Origin: Candidatus Poribacteria bacterium
GTDB lineage: Bacteria > Poribacteria > WGA-4E > PCPOR2b
Direction of reading: 5' to 3'
Assembly (NCBI GenBank): GCA_965218095.1
Contig: OZ244587.1
Coordinates: 3,008,001 to 3,072,000 of the forward strand
Length of the DNA: 64,000 nt
Below are positions 1 to 12,235 of the stretch, in pieces. Each line of letters starts with the position of its first letter. The stretch's first letter is position 1. Both the position numbers and the translations under genes were made by a program. The notes under the pieces were generated by a model, which ran no database searches, had not been told where the DNA came from, and was given only the letters and a program-made list of their open reading frames with translations.

Positions 1-152
1 TCGCTTCCTCGTGCCCGTCCGATCCCATCGGACTTACGCAGAATTCACAGAGTAGGACACGTTATCTTATGCGATGAGTGCTTGACAGGATGAGACAAAT
101 CGAGTAAAATACGTGGTTGAATACATTTCCCATTCCAATAAGGAGAAGAACA

Positions 153-2333
153 GTGGCAAATGCAGTTGAAATTGGTGGACTCAAAATTGATGAGACGTTG
201 TATAATGTGCTACGAGACGAGATTGTACCCGGCACAGGTGTGGAAGTAGATGCGTTTTGGACATCACTCGATGAGATTGTTGCAGATCTAGCGCCCAAGA
301 ATCGAGCACTCCTGAACAAACGAGACGCATTGCAGCAGCGGATCGACGAGTGGTATTTGGCCACAAGAGGTGAGCTGGTCGAGGCAGAAGAATATGAGGC
401 GTTTCTCAGGGAGATAGGTTACCTTGTTCCTGAAGGCAAAGATTTTCAGGTGACCACAACGAATGTAGACCCTGAAATTGCGGAGGTCTCCGGACCACAA
501 TTAGTGGTACCCCTGGATAACGCCCGTTACGCGCTGAATGCTGCCAATGCGCGGTGGGGAAGCCTATATGATGCGCTCTATGGCACAAATGTGATTCCGG
601 AAGAAGACGGAAAGGAAAAGGGAGAAGCTTATAACCCTGTACGCGGTGCAGCCGTAATCACCCAGGCGGAGGTGTTCTTAGATGAGGCGGTTGGCCTTGA
701 GCGGGGCAAGTTTTCAGATGTCACACAATTCTCCCTCAAAGATCTTGGCGAGACAAAACAACTTGTTGCAATGCTTAACGATGGCAGCGAAGTCGGCTTA
801 ACGGATGCCGGCAAATTTGTCGGCTTTAATGAGAAATCGGGTGAGTTAAGCAGTATTTTGCTCAAAAATAATGGATTACACATCGAAATCCAGATCAATC
901 GAGATCATCCTGTCGGCAAAGCACATCCCGCAGGAGTCAAAGACGTGGTACTAGAAGCAGCCATCACAACCATTCAGGACTGCGAAGATTCTGTTTCTGC
1001 CGTCGATGCGGCGGACAAAGCAAAAATCTATAGCAACTGGAATGGCATCATGAAAGGTACGCTTGAAGCGACCCTTGAAAAGAACGGTCAATGGATGACC
1101 CGACGGCTGAATCCGGATAAAACTTTCACAAATCCAGATGGAGAAACCCTCACACTCCCCGGTAGAAGTCTGCTACTCATTCGCAATGTGGGGATTCATA
1201 TGTATACCGATGCGGTGACCACAGCAGACGGTCAGGAGATTCCGGAAGGTTTCCTCGATGCGATGGTCACGACGTTGGCTGCCATACACGACCTCAAAGG
1301 CAATGGGAATTTCACCAACAGTAAAACCGGCAGCATCTACATCGTCAAACCTAAATTCCATGGTCCAGAAGAGGCAGCGTCGACGGTCGAACTGTTTGGA
1401 CGGGTAGAGAACGCGCTTGGACTTGAACAGAATACGCTCAAGATTGGAATTATGGACGAGGAACGTCGAACCACCATTAACCTGAAGGAAGCCATACGTG
1501 CGGCGAAGGACAGGGTCGTATTTATTAACACAGGCTTCCTGGATCGGACTGGTGATGAAATCCACACCAGCATTGAAGCGGGCCCCATGATACCTAAAAT
1601 GGAGATCAAAACTCAGCCATGGATGCTGACTTATGAAGATTGGAATGTAGATGTCGGCATTGAAACCGGGCTTATTGGGAAGGCGCAAATTGGTAAAGGG
1701 ATGTGGACCATGCCGGATTTAATGCGAGAGATGGTCGAAACGAAGATAGGGCATCCCCAGGCCGGTGCAAGTACAGCCTGGGTGCCATCACCGACGGCAG
1801 CCACACTGCATGTTCTCCATTATCATCAAGTGAATGTTGCAAAAAGGCAGGCAGAGCTTGCGAGCAGAGCCCGCGCCAGCTTGGAGGCTATCCTGACGCT
1901 GCCCCTATTAGATAGGGAATTGAGTCCGGCGGAGATCCAACAAGAGTTGGATAACAATGCCCAGGGAATACTTGGCTACGTTGTGCGCTGGGTTGACCAG
2001 GGGATTGGCTGTTCAAAGGTGCCGGATATTCATGATGTCGGGTTGATGGAAGACCGGGCGACGTTGCGCATATCAAGTCAACATATCGCAAACTGGCTGC
2101 ATCACGGAATTGTTAGCAGGGAGCATGTCATAGAGACGTTTAAGCGAATGGCTAAAGTGGTTGACGGGCAAAATGCAAGCGATCCGAACTATCGAAACAT
2201 GGCGCCTGAATATGACAAAAGTTTCGCTTTTCAGGCGGCGCTAGATCTGGTCTTTAAGGGCAGAGCCGTTGCAAACGGCTATACCGAGGCGGTGCTTCAC
2301 CCTCGCCGGAGAGAAGTCAAAACGGCGCAATAG
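153..2333 (+). CDS. glcB: Malate synthase G
   Basis: Motifs [73 protein letters not shown]. Start placed at GTG 153 after AGGAG. Confidence 0.97.
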   Translation: MANAVEIGGLKIDETLYNVLRDEIVPGTGVEVDAFWTSLDEIVADLAPKNRALLNKRDALQQRIDEWYLATRGELVEAEEYEAFLREIGYLVPEGKDFQVTTTNVDPEIAEVSGPQLVVPLDNARYALNAANARWGSLYDALYGTNVIPEEDGKEKGEAYNPVRGAAVITQAEVFLDEAVGLERGKFSDVTQFSLKDLGETKQLVAMLNDGSEVGLTDAGKFVGFNEKSGELSSILLKNNGLHIEIQINRDHPVGKAHPAGVKDVVLEAAITTIQDCEDSVSAVDAADKAKIYSNWNGIMKGTLEATLEKNGQWMTRRLNPDKTFTNPDGETLTLPGRSLLLIRNVGIHMYTDAVTTADGQEIPEGFLDAMVTTLAAIHDLKGNGNFTNSKTGSIYIVKPKFHGPEEAASTVELFGRVENALGLEQNTLKIGIMDEERRTTINLKEAIRAAKDRVVFINTGFLDRTGDEIHTSIEAGPMIPKMEIKTQPWMLTYEDWNVDVGIETGLIGKAQIGKGMWTMPDLMREMVETKIGHPQAGASTAWVPSPTAATLHVLHYHQVNVAKRQAELASRARASLEAILTLPLLDRELSPAEIQQELDNNAQGILGYVVRWVDQGIGCSKVPDIHDVGLMEDRATLRISSQHIANWLHHGIVSREHVIETFKRMAKVVDGQNASDPNYRNMAPEYDKSFAFQAALDLVFKGRAVANGYTEAVLHPRRREVKTAQ

Positions 2334-2739
2334 CGCAGATGACTTCTGAATGAACGCGATGCTTGAAAAGGCTAGCCGTTGACAAGGTTCTCCTTGCCTG
2401 CGTGATTGGACAAGAAGGGTTGTATAGGAAACTGGGGTTCTTGAAACATAGGTCTGTTATGGCTTTGCACCCGAATGTCGAGTGGCCAAAGAAAAAGATC
2501 TTTTGGAGTGAGTGCGACGGTCTATCCTGATGATGATTCGGTTTGCCGCCTTCTGCATAAAAGTACGTGCAGATGAAAAAGTAAACACAAAGGATGGGTT
2601 GAGAGGGAGATTAAAGAGTCATACACCGACGAGAAACTGGAGCAACTGAGGCGGAGGACGGGTGAGTTGTACGGTAGGTGATGCGTCAGTTTAGGAGAGC
2701 TTGCGGTGGGAATCACTGATGTGTCCAACGCACACGCAT

Positions 2740-2768
2740 AAAAAAAGCCCTCAATCGCTTGAGAGCCT
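2740..2768 (-). terminator. Intrinsic terminator of the cold-shock gene
   Basis: Minus strand GGCTCTCAA-GCGA-TTGAGGGC followed by T7, just downstream of the csp stop. Confidence 0.75.
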
Positions 2769-2808
2769 TCTCCCCGGTTTCATTTCTTATTATCTTTCCT
2801 TGTTGACT

Positions 2809-3018
2809 TTACCAACTTGAAAGTTTCGAAACTTGTTCGGCTTGATAACCTTTTGGCCCTTTTACCTGGTTGAACTCAACTTCTTGTCCTTCCTCGAGCG
2901 TTTTGAAGCCAGTTCCTTCGATGTTGGAATGATGCACAAAGACATCTTCCCCTTCATCGGTGGTTATAAATCCATAGCCTTTTTGGTCACTGAACCATTT
3001 GACTCGACCCTTTACCAT
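2809..3018 (-). CDS. Cold-shock protein (CspA family)
   Basis: [15 protein letters not shown] (RNP1) and VFVH (RNP2); AGGAGG RBS upstream of ATG 3018. Confidence 0.96.
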   Translation of the reverse strand: MVKGRVKWFSDQKGYGFITTDEGEDVFVHHSNIEGTGFKTLEEGQEVEFNQVKGPKGYQAEQVSKLSSW

Positions 3019-3179
3019 TGTTTGTACCTCCTTTCTCATCAGTTTTACTGTACTAAAAGAATCAAGCTAAGAGAGCTAAGAGGTACAAAATACAGCACGC
3101 AGCCGGGGAAAATGCTTCCGTTTTGAACCTAATATCACTTCCAGAACTTTCTTTAATCCATTGTACAGCTATGGCCATT

Positions 3180-3208
3180 ATTATACTTAATTCTAAACGG
3201 AAATGCAA
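3180..3208 (-). promoter_or_regulatory. Sigma70-type promoter of csp
   Basis: TTGCAT-17 bp-TATAAT on the minus strand, implying a 5' UTR of about 155 nt, as is typical of csp genes. Confidence 0.65.
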
Positions 3209-3363
3209 GCCAAAATTCCGTATTAAGTGGTGCTTCAGTCAGAGCGCCTTATACGGACAGGATAACCCCCTCGATGAGGGCAAGGATGTACAGTTTTGCC
3301 GTTAAAGTCCCATTGCGCCGGTCGGGCAGGCTCGGGGTTTGCTAAGTGAAAAACTCCTATGGC

Positions 3364-4134
3364 CTAATCCGCTCGCCCCAGGAAGCTGCGCAGAGCCGCA
3401 AAATCTTGGGATGGCAGTTTCTCAAACCAGCCACGCCGACTGACTGTGGGAACCCCTGCTGCGTGCAGGTCTGCCATCATCTCCGCCATCTTGAAGCCGG
3501 TGACCATGCCATCGAGGACAGGCGCGCCGATGACGGATTCGACATCAGGCACGTCATGGGTCAAGATTGAACTTGCCAGTGTGCAGCCGGGGATGACGAT
3601 CTCGGCGTTGTCCAGTTGCACACAAGCACGGGCGGCCTCCACCACTGCCTTGATGACGTGGTCTGGCGGCGTCTGGTCGGGATATAGGTCGTTGGCGTCA
3701 ATGTCGAAGGGGCGCAGAGAAGCGAAATGGTTGTGCAAGCCGTACTGAGTCAGCAGCATCTCCTGGATCTTGCCGTTTTGATAGTCCACGGGAACGAGCG
3801 AATAGCTCGCGCCCATCGTATGTGCGACCAGTGCCGCCGATTCGAGTGTGGCGGTGACGGGAATATCCACCAGTTGGCGGGCTTCGTAGAGTCCGATGTC
3901 CAGACAGCACGAGATGAAGATGGCGTCGTAGCCGTTTTTCTCCGCCCACAGAACTTTTTCCAGCGTGCTGTCCGTACACATATAGCGAAAGTAAAGCCAC
4001 TGGTTGTTGCGTAGCGGATACATGTCGGCGATATTAACCACCTCGAAGTCGGTGTCTGGCCGCGCGATACGCTCCAGATTCTCCCGTCCGTAAAATTCCG
4101 TATCCCCGAAGGGATTGATCGCCAGTATGCGCAT
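3364..4134 (-). CDS. Asp/Glu/hydantoin racemase family protein (allantoin/hydantoin racemase-like)
   Basis: MRILAINP, ISCCLDIGL..AR, IIPGCT-like catalytic Cys motif, PVLDG. Start moved to 4134 because the upstream extension is IS remnant sequence. Confidence 0.88.
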   Translation of the reverse strand: MRILAINPFGDTEFYGRENLERIARPDTDFEVVNIADMYPLRNNQWLYFRYMCTDSTLEKVLWAEKNGYDAIFISCCLDIGLYEARQLVDIPVTATLESAALVAHTMGASYSLVPVDYQNGKIQEMLLTQYGLHNHFASLRPFDIDANDLYPDQTPPDHVIKAVVEAARACVQLDNAEIVIPGCTLASSILTHDVPDVESVIGAPVLDGMVTGFKMAEMMADLHAAGVPTVSRRGWFEKLPSQDFAALRSFLGRAD

Positions 4135-4274
4135 GGGTTTTCTCCTTTTCCTTTTCCCCGCTTGTGTCCGAGTCTCGCTCCCTGTTTCTTTTTGGCAACC
4201 GGCGCCTCGCGGGTTCGCTGGCTGATGAGGCATGCTTATTCTGCGTTGCTGTCGAGTTGCCAGGCGCCCTATAC

Positions 4275-4444
4275 AGCGAAGATAAGGATCGGTTGCCCAC
4301 GCCTTTGAGCGCAAAAAGTCAGACAATAGTAACAACTTCAGAGGGATAGAGATTGTCTTGGCTATGCTTGGTGTTTTTCGCGTGTTGTGTGAGCTTATCA
4401 TCAACACAACGGAACAATTGTGTGATAGAATCTATTGCGGTCAT
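4275..4444 (-). pseudogene. IS982-like transposase N-terminal remnant
   Basis: Manual translation: MTAIDSITQLFRCVDDKL..KHSQDNLYPSEVVTIV*LFALKGVGNR, with GGAGG RBS, an internal TGA and truncation. Confidence 0.65.
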
Positions 4445-4948
4445 GAGTCTGGTTTTCCTCCCGTTAATTGAGGATTATCTGACACTCAGATTAACGGGAG
4501 AATCGAGGAAATTGTCTCATGACCACAATCCAACTTGCACCGAAGCGAAGCCCGGGAGTTCTGTTATGCCTATTGACTTCCAAATTTCAAACTAGTACTA
4601 TGATTCCCTGATTGAATCAGGGTATGGAGATTGTGTTCTGGAGAACCACTATTACTTACAGTCTCACAACACATGGGTGTAATTATACGTCTGCCTATTT
4701 CGCCTGTCCCTCCAACCCGCAATAAGAATTCACTGTAGATGTTTCTCCTTTGCGTTGGGTGGGTGACACAATCTAGGTTGCCATCAATCAACAAAGACGT
4801 TTCATCGGTCTTCATCTTTCACCTAGACGAGGGAAAGTCATGCGACAGTCAACAGGTGTACCTCCTTTGGCTCTCAGACAAATCGGATGGGGATGACAAC
4901 TTGGGTTAATCATAGCAGAGATAAAGGCGGGCCGTCAACCCAAAAGGG

Positions 4949-6400
4949 CTATCGAACAACCTGTCCATCAACTTCATCATCCGCCAACGTATGCCCAAAC
5001 TGACTTAAAACGGTTGGGAACACATCCGCCGAACGGATAAACTCTGTCTCAATGGGCAAATTGGTCGCCAACGGAATGTGCATCTGCTCGGCAAGCAACG
5101 CCCCGTGCGTCGCATGATGCTCAGGGAGTTCATAGCGGGCGCGCAGATCAAAGCCCGACTTCGCACTCAAAACCAGATCGCCAGTCCGCCCTGCCCGAAA
5201 CACCTGCCAGAGTTGAACGAGTCCGTCCGGGTAATTGGAATCGTAGGTTTGAATCAACGCATCACGCAACGACAGATTGGCGTAAAATGTTCCATAGCCG
5301 AGCGGGTCACCTGGCGCAAATTGATAGGAAATTGCTCCGTTTGTGCAGGAAATTTTGCCTCGCCCCTCCCTTTTCTCGACGATGATGTCGCCAGCCTCGC
5401 TCTGACCGGCAACAAAATCTAGCCTCTCCAGCTCCAGCAGTGCTTCAACAACACCCATCCGACTGAGTTCCTCGAAAGTGATACGTTCCCCCCAATCTTT
5501 ACCCTTTACGCTATTCTTGAAATAAAGATGCGTCATCCCGTTCCCCGACACCATGCTTGCACATTTGACACCGCGCCGCCACAGAATCGGATAATGGAGA
5601 CACCGCCAACCGGACTGATCGAGATGCCGCTCGACATCAATGTGGGTGTGCGTATTGGACATGCCGTGGTCGCTCGTAATCAGAATCAGCGTGTTATCGA
5701 AATCGTTCAATCGCTGCAGGATTTTGCAGACCGCGCCGACGGTTTGGTCAATCTCCCGGTAAGTTTCCATCACACGCGGGGCGGTCGTATGGGACAGGTG
5801 GGAGAACGTATCAATACTTGGAAAGAGACACATGACGAATTGATCGCCTGCCTCAACCGCCTTCAATAGCTTGCGTGCGGCGATCCGATTCACGAACCGC
5901 CATCGGTGGGAGAAGTGGGCGTAGGTATAGACCCACGGCTTTACCCAGCGGGTTCGGTTGCTCGATTGCGGACAGCCTTGTGTCAGCAGATTGTAGATGT
6001 TACCCACCGGCGAGAAGAAGTTGAAGAGCGTTGGCCTGTCCGGCAGGTCTGCCTCGAACGCCATGCTGTCGATTCCCATGTAGCTACAGATGCCGGGCCG
6101 GCGAAATCGGTGCGGGTTTTGAAATTCGGGCTTGGATAGCCAACGGATGCCGGGGATATTCGCAGTGCCCGGAAATAATCCCATGAAAAAGGGGGTGAAC
6201 GCGGGACCGGTGGTTGAGGGAAACACCGAGACCGCTTTCTTCAACCCTCCTTGCTCAATGACATATTTTTTGATATGTGGAAGTGCTCCATCTTCGACCA
6301 ACTGCTTGAAGACTTCGTATGGTGAACCGTCGATTAAGATGAAAAGAAAGCGTGTGAAGACATTTTGAAAGGGCATAATGGTAAAATGAGGAGTGCTCAT
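4949..6400 (-). CDS. Alkaline phosphatase superfamily / type I phosphodiesterase-nucleotide pyrophosphatase
   Basis: ILIDG, VFPSTTGP, DTFSH, ITSDHG and HATHG metal-binding motifs. Confidence 0.88.
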   Translation of the reverse strand: MSTPHFTIMPFQNVFTRFLFILIDGSPYEVFKQLVEDGALPHIKKYVIEQGGLKKAVSVFPSTTGPAFTPFFMGLFPGTANIPGIRWLSKPEFQNPHRFRRPGICSYMGIDSMAFEADLPDRPTLFNFFSPVGNIYNLLTQGCPQSSNRTRWVKPWVYTYAHFSHRWRFVNRIAARKLLKAVEAGDQFVMCLFPSIDTFSHLSHTTAPRVMETYREIDQTVGAVCKILQRLNDFDNTLILITSDHGMSNTHTHIDVERHLDQSGWRCLHYPILWRRGVKCASMVSGNGMTHLYFKNSVKGKDWGERITFEELSRMGVVEALLELERLDFVAGQSEAGDIIVEKREGRGKISCTNGAISYQFAPGDPLGYGTFYANLSLRDALIQTYDSNYPDGLVQLWQVFRAGRTGDLVLSAKSGFDLRARYELPEHHATHGALLAEQMHIPLATNLPIETEFIRSADVFPTVLSQFGHTLADDEVDGQVVR

Positions 6401-6403
6401 AAA

Positions 6404-6688
6404 TCATTCTAACGTAACCGAACGATGGGCTGGGGTTGGGAACTGGGTGCCACTATCCCATAAATCTCTTATCCTGAGAATTCTTGAATCCAGTGGCTCC
6501 TGATTCAGACCCTTTCCGAATTCCTCGAATCCAGCGATGAGCTGCTTCGGTTTATGTACAACCCTCAACTCATCAAAACTTTTCAGAATCGGTTGACTCT
6601 CTTCATTCTCTTCGCCGAAGAGTTTCTTTAAACCGAAATCGGTCGTCGGAACGAGGTTTTTGTATTTCAGACCGATGTGTTCTCCCAA
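6404..6688 (-). pseudogene. Rpn / PD-(D/E)XK nuclease-transposase N-terminal remnant
   Basis: KYKNLVPTTDFGLKKLFGEE resembles the Rpn start motif (P.TDFGFKK.FG.E); the rest is unrelated and short. Confidence 0.5.
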
Positions 6689-7449
6689 ACCTCAGCAAGG
6701 GTTTCCCGGAATAATTCGTCCAATAGGGCGGTCGAGGGTGGATGGCTTTTCGGTAGATTCGCGGTGTATTTTACATACCGTTCCAGTTCGCTTTCAAGAA
6801 AATCGTTGATGACTTGAATCCGTTCCCCCATGTCCAATTCCTCCCCCGCTTTTTTCATCGCCAGCAGTTTGGTAATCTCCCGGCACAATTGGGCATCTGG
6901 AATCTGTGAATCGACAAGCTGATCAAATTCTGTGGGGGGCACTGTATTGGTTGATTCGATCCACCGACAGGCGAGGACTGGCCTTAAAACGTAAAAATAC
7001 TTCTTCAGCTACACCTGTGTACCTTGCAGGTAATCACGGTAATTCCTGCGGGCCATCTGCAAATAGTGATATAGACACGACTTCGGAGAAAAATAGACGA
7101 CACGCAGGTCTCGGAGTTTATCAGCAGTTTTATGTTTCTCCAGATACACAACCGGAGACTGTAACCATTCAAGGAGCGGCGGATTCGATTTTCGGAAGAG
7201 CCGCAATGCTTTGCGGAGTTCCCAACCGCTAATATCCAAGCAATCGTCTATATTTTTCTCGATAACGTCCCGCTTGTCATCAATGCTAAGATACCAGCTT
7301 GTGGGATGGACGTAGATAAAGCGTACATCAAAGTCACTATCCTTTGATGGGAAGCCCCACGCCCGGCTGCCTGACTCACAGGCGTAGAGTATCCGAACAT
7401 CCTTGTCGGCCTCTATGATTTCCAATTGCTGGAAAATTCTTTCACGCAT
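6667..7449 (-). pseudogene. DNA polymerase beta superfamily nucleotidyltransferase (YcgL-like), in-frame TAG at 7009-7011
   Basis: ACESGSRAWGFPSKDSDFDVRFIY and WELRKAL..SNPPLLEWLQSP; the frame continues across the stop as YLQGTQV*LKKYFYVLRP. Confidence 0.88.
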
Positions 7450-7564
7450 GACAATTAAGCAACTTTCAATCTTAAAGTTTATCTTCTGAAGCGACCAAAT
7501 GGGTTGGCAAATTGGAACAATGGAACCATAGCAGAAATGAAGGCAGGAAGTCAACCCAAAAGGG

Positions 7565-8095
7565 TTACTGAACCAGGGGACTTCCGGTTGATATTGACAC
7601 GTCAGAGGATCTCGAGGCCGGCCGCGCGGCAATTGATGAAATTGATTGAAAAAGGCAGATTGCCGAACCCATTAGAGGGTGTTGAATAACCACAACATCA
7701 GCATTGACAAAACGTAACCTATGGCACGAAAGTCGCCCGTGTTCGCCGAGTTCTGAGACTAGCGTAATTCCGAATGACGGCCATTCGGGGTACAGCCACA
7801 TTTCCAGATGTGTGGTGTACAACAAAGTCTGGATGTCCGTACCATTTCTGTCACTGATCACATAACTGGGATTACGTAAGCAATCCCAATTTTCAGGAAT
7901 GCCTACGCCAAACCGGGCACGCCTGTGTCGAGGCTGGTCGTTCCAATTGGTCGTGTAAGAAAAAGGTGCATAATAACCAGTGCCAGAATCTTGGGCGGTG
8001 GCAGTGGACTGCACTACCGAGTTGTAGTTAGATTTGTTGAAGCTGCTAGGTAATTCTCCCGTATCAGGAGCAATAGGGAATAACTTGGTACTTGA
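7565..8095 (-). other. Uncharacterised reading-frame fragment
   Basis: Open frame (..FPIAPDTGELPSSFNKSNYNSVVQST..YYAPFSYTTNWND..) with no convincing start or RBS; probably a decayed gene. Confidence 0.3.
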
Positions 8096-8307
8096 ATGTT
8101 AATGAATGTTTTGGTTCGACACCTATTTTTCCTTGGATCAATTTGGCTGCTCGCGTTAGAGTTTGCTACACAGATCCCCTACGCACAGGATATCGATTTA
8201 CCGACTCTAGCTGCGGAGATAAAATACTATGACTTGCTCATTCGTTAGTGTACATTTACCCAACATCTTAAACTCCACCTAAATCCGCGACCGAAACGGC
8301 TACCTCC

Positions 8308-8366
8308 GTAGTGGGACTTGCCCCACAAAACCACCAGTGGATTCGTTGGGGCAAGCCCCAACCTAC
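8308..8366. repeat. GTAG-type REP-like inverted doublet
   Basis: GTAGTGGGACTTGCCCCAC...GTTGGGGCAAGCCCCAACCTAC. Confidence 0.7.
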
Positions 8367-8542
8367 GCCTGCAACATGTTATTGACCAATCAGTAAAATT
8401 TTTCAAGGGTTTGACTGATGGGAATCCATTGCTATGTCCCCCTCTTTGTTGTTATACTTGTAAGGAGTGAAAGCTAAAATCTTCGCAAAATTAGCGAGCT
8501 CGTGCAGAATGTGACGACGAGTCAAAAGTGGAGGACGTATTG

Positions 8543-9445
8543 ATGTTTGAAAAACTTGGCATCGTAACGAATGTTTGGAGGAAACGCATGGCGGGTGATG
8601 ATCGATTTGAAGATCTCGCCTGTCGGTTTGGCGCCCATGGGTTCAAGGACATGGAGGTGCGTGAGGGCGATTACCTCCGCAACTCCGCATTTGGCGGATT
8701 GATACAAGAGATTGAAGCGGCGATGGGACATTATACTGACGATCAGTGGCAGGCGATTTGTGATACAATATGGCAGGGTGAAGGGTGGAAAGATCCGGTT
8801 ACGGCGGAAGATAAATCCATTTTTAATCGCGTCAGTGTGTTTGTGGAAAAGACAAAAGATCTGACCTTGAGCTACGCCATGTCATATCCGTGGCTCTCTC
8901 TGCCTGAAGATGTCGAAGCGGACAATCAGAAGATGATCCAAGCAAAGAAGCTGGCGTATCTGCTGTGTCCGCATAGCGCACGATTGCGACTAGTAGATCT
9001 CGAATCTACAGGCAAAATCGATCCGGAAGTTGCGGTTGCGAATGTGAAACGGTATCGATCGCTGCTGCCGAACTACCTGATGGTTTTTGCGGTTGAAAAT
9101 GCGCGTCAACCCGCTGCCCTCACGCTCGACCTTGCGGTGCAGGGCAGCGCACTGCTAACCTACGACGAGGCGAACACCTACCGTGAGGATGGCACAACGC
9201 TCAACCCACCGGAGGCGTTTTGGAACGCCGCGAAAATGGAAGACTTCACTTCTGTACACTTCAAGCAGAAAACAACAGATGGGGTATTATCGCAGGTGGG
9301 CGACGGATTCGTCGACTTTGCGGCAATCGCCCGTCGCTTAAAGGCGGGGGGCTATAAGGGCGATCTGTTGCTCGAAAATAGGGCAACAGATCAGCCATTG
9401 GAAGATGCCATCCGGAGTCGGACGTATCTTTCAAGTCTTTTATAG
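8543..9445 (+). CDS. Xylose isomerase-like TIM-barrel protein
   Basis: AVEN, TYDEAN, VHFK, VGDGFVDF, GYKGDLLLE; GGAGG RBS. Confidence 0.8.
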   Translation: MFEKLGIVTNVWRKRMAGDDRFEDLACRFGAHGFKDMEVREGDYLRNSAFGGLIQEIEAAMGHYTDDQWQAICDTIWQGEGWKDPVTAEDKSIFNRVSVFVEKTKDLTLSYAMSYPWLSLPEDVEADNQKMIQAKKLAYLLCPHSARLRLVDLESTGKIDPEVAVANVKRYRSLLPNYLMVFAVENARQPAALTLDLAVQGSALLTYDEANTYREDGTTLNPPEAFWNAAKMEDFTSVHFKQKTTDGVLSQVGDGFVDFAAIARRLKAGGYKGDLLLENRATDQPLEDAIRSRTYLSSLL

Positions 9446-9464
9446 ACAACGGGTATCGCCTTTC

Positions 9465-10355
9465 TTAGGCGGCAGAACATGCAAGTCGAAAGTATGCAAT
9501 TTCTGGCAGCGTCATAAATCGAATTGGAAGACCAGTAACGCCAAGCCCACGACAGACATACAGTCTTGATTGACCGACGGAGAAAAATCCAGCAAGATAT
9601 TTATTGCCAATCTTTGGTGGAACAAATGGCAAAGAGATTTGCCCGCCGTGCGTATGTCCCGATAAGACCAGATCAAATCGATGGTGAGTAATTGATTCAA
9701 TCGGCTGCGGGTTATGCATCAAGAGGAGACGTGGGGCGGTAGACGGTGGAACAGATGCTAACGCACGGTCTAAGTCAAAATCTCCTGCCAAGAAGTCATC
9801 GCAGCCAATGAGCCACAGGCGGTCGTTACCGCGTTGCAACGAAACAGATTCATTCATTAGAACGCCAACTCCGGCCTCCGTCAAGGCATTGAACACCTCA
9901 GAACCATTGCCCTTCCAGCGATTTTGCAGCGGGAACACCGCGGTGTCCGGATCATTGTTCCAATGATCATGATTGCCAAGGACGGCGTAGGTCGGAATGC
10001 CTGCGTCAATGATAATCTTACGAATCGCCTGTGCGACCGGCTTTGCATATTTCTCCTGGTATGTAATATAATCCCCGGTCAGCACAATCAGATCCGGTTG
10101 TAAACGCACGGCTTGCCGAAAACAGGCTTGGAGATAATCCAGGGTTACAATCGAACTGTGATGCAGATCTGTAAGTTGAACAATTGAAAATCCTTGAAAA
10201 GACGATGGAAGATGAGTAACCGTGATCTCGTGTTGCGTAATTTCAACCCATTGCGGTTCAATTAAGGCGCCATAATTTGTTAATGTAATACTGCTAATAC
10301 CAACGTTATAAAGCGATCTATGTAAGAATTTGCGTCTTTCTGTTTTTTGTGGCAT
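9465..10355 (-). CDS. Metallophosphoesterase (YkuE-like)
   Basis: TDLH, TGDY, LGNHD, MHNP, SGHTHGGQ, RGLG. Confidence 0.92.
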   Translation of the reverse strand: MPQKTERRKFLHRSLYNVGISSITLTNYGALIEPQWVEITQHEITVTHLPSSFQGFSIVQLTDLHHSSIVTLDYLQACFRQAVRLQPDLIVLTGDYITYQEKYAKPVAQAIRKIIIDAGIPTYAVLGNHDHWNNDPDTAVFPLQNRWKGNGSEVFNALTEAGVGVLMNESVSLQRGNDRLWLIGCDDFLAGDFDLDRALASVPPSTAPRLLLMHNPQPIESITHHRFDLVLSGHTHGGQISLPFVPPKIGNKYLAGFFSVGQSRLYVCRGLGVTGLPIRFMTLPEIAYFRLACSAA

Positions 10356-10599
10356 TGATTGGTATAATTCCTTAGATTCCGGTATGAAGAATGATTTCCG
10401 ATAGAATAACATAAACCCGCAACTTTTGCAAGTGGGCTAACCTGAAAAATTCAGGGTCATTCAGTTTTCCGACAGGAGATCAGGGCGCGCCGTCTGAGTT
10501 GCGAAACGAGCGGATGGCCTGATTGGTTTCGATTGGTTGCTTTGCTGGACAGATCAAGTTGGGTTGGGATGCTTTCAGGTAGATCAGGAGGGCAGAAAA

Positions 10600-11664
10600 A
10601 TGAAGCCTTATGGCGTCGGTATTCTTGGTAACTGTTGCACACATGGGGCGGGCATCTGCGGCATGTTCAAGCGCCGTTCCGATACACGGGTTATTGCCGC
10701 TTATGAGAAGACCCCGCGTCGCGCCGAAGAATTACAGGGTGTATTCGGCGCCCCCTTAGCAAGGTCTTATGAAGAAGTCATCAATCACCCGGACGTGGAT
10801 TTCGTCTCGATTACCTGCGACCCGTGTGATAAGGCGGATATGGTTGAAACCGCCGCCGCCGCGGGGAAGCATATCTTCCTTAATAAGCCGCTATGCGAAA
10901 GTTTGGACGGCACCCGGCGGATCGCCGAAGCGGTCAAGAAGTATCATGTCCACTTTGTCCACGACATCCCGATGGTGCGTTTTATTCCCATCTATGCGAG
11001 GCTATTGGAGGAGGTACAGTCAGGAATTCATGGGCGAGTGATGGGCTACCATCATCTCTTCGGGATGAACTTCCCAATGGATTTTGACCTGAAGACCGCC
11101 TGGCCCGAACGCCTTGATCCACCGGAAAAGTCCGGCGGCGGCGAGATGACCAACATGGGCTGCTACGCTATCGATTGCGCGGTTTCGCTGTTCGGCCGGC
11201 CAAAAGCCATCACCGCAAAATGGCGGAAACTGTGGGACGTTTACGCCGAAGCCGACGTTGAGCATTTCGGGCAGATTGTCCTCGACTATGGCGACTTTTT
11301 CGCCTTTCTCGAAGTTGGCAAGCAACAACTGATCAAGGAACGTCGTCACAGTAATTCGATGACCATCAACTTTGAGCATCAGACGATGTTCATCGACGCC
11401 AGCGCGCAGGTTGTCACCATCAACCACGTCCCCCAAGATTACGATCAATTCGCCGAAGGTGCAACGGGGGGCGGTTCGGTCGAGCAACTGATTGGGACGA
11501 TTGAAAATGGCACGCCCCCAACGAGCAACATCGAAACCGCCCTCATCGCCGTCGAAACGCTGATGGCGGCTTACCAGTCGATTGTCGAAGAACGGACGGT
11601 GACGTTGCCGTTATCATCTGGCGAAAATCCGTTGATTGCGGCACGGCAAAAGCATCTGTTCTGA
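10600..11664 (+). CDS. Gfo/Idh/MocA oxidoreductase
   Basis: [29 protein letters not shown]; AGGAGG RBS. Confidence 0.88.
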   Translation: MKPYGVGILGNCCTHGAGICGMFKRRSDTRVIAAYEKTPRRAEELQGVFGAPLARSYEEVINHPDVDFVSITCDPCDKADMVETAAAAGKHIFLNKPLCESLDGTRRIAEAVKKYHVHFVHDIPMVRFIPIYARLLEEVQSGIHGRVMGYHHLFGMNFPMDFDLKTAWPERLDPPEKSGGGEMTNMGCYAIDCAVSLFGRPKAITAKWRKLWDVYAEADVEHFGQIVLDYGDFFAFLEVGKQQLIKERRHSNSMTINFEHQTMFIDASAQVVTINHVPQDYDQFAEGATGGGSVEQLIGTIENGTPPTSNIETALIAVETLMAAYQSIVEERTVTLPLSSGENPLIAARQKHLF

Positions 11665-11707
11665 ATTTGACATTACAAAATATATCACCCAAAGGAAAGA
11701 AAATCAC

Positions 11708-12235
11708 ATGCCAAAAGGTATTTTAGAACAGTTGGCTGATAGCATCGTGATAGGCGACGGTGGTTACATTGTTGAGTTAGAGAGACGCGGCTACGTAATC
11801 GCGGTCCCATTCACCCCGGAGTTATCACCCATCCTGACACGATTCGAGAAATGCACCGCAGGTTCCTGTCCGCGGGCGCAGAGGTTTTGCAAGTGATGGT
11901 GTTCTACGACGACCGCGACAAGTTGGCGACAGTCGGTTATGCGGACAAGACACCCGAGATTAACCGAACCGCCACCCGCATCGCCCAAGAGTTTGCCGGG
12001 GAGACAGCGCTCGTCGCGGGGATTTGAGCGCGACATGGAACATGGAAGTGGGAAGGGGATAGCCTATCAGCGCGGGCGTTGGTTGCAGGCATGTTTGATG
12101 AGCAGATCGAAGCGTAGCAGGGCGTGGATTTTTTCATCGGAGAGACGTTCTGGCACTTCGGCGAGGGTTTGCTATGTCTCGAACGCATCAAGGCGAAGAC
12201 TAAGCTGCCTGCGATGATTACCTTACTGGAGCAGG
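11708..12235 (+). pseudogene. Homocysteine S-methyltransferase family pseudogene
   Basis: [28 protein letters not shown]; AGAEVLQ; EQIEA*QGVDFFIGETF. Several frameshifts, TAG at 12115, C-terminal half missing. Confidence 0.8.

Noticed and set aside
2440-2682. Possible gene between glcB and csp
   Set aside because: Only broken fragments (..GWVEREIKESYTDEKLEQLRRRTGELYGR*) with stops and shifts; no family recognised.
4135-4407. N-terminal extension of the racemase ORF
   Set aside because: It overlaps the IS982-like remnant; the family start is MRILAINP at 4134.
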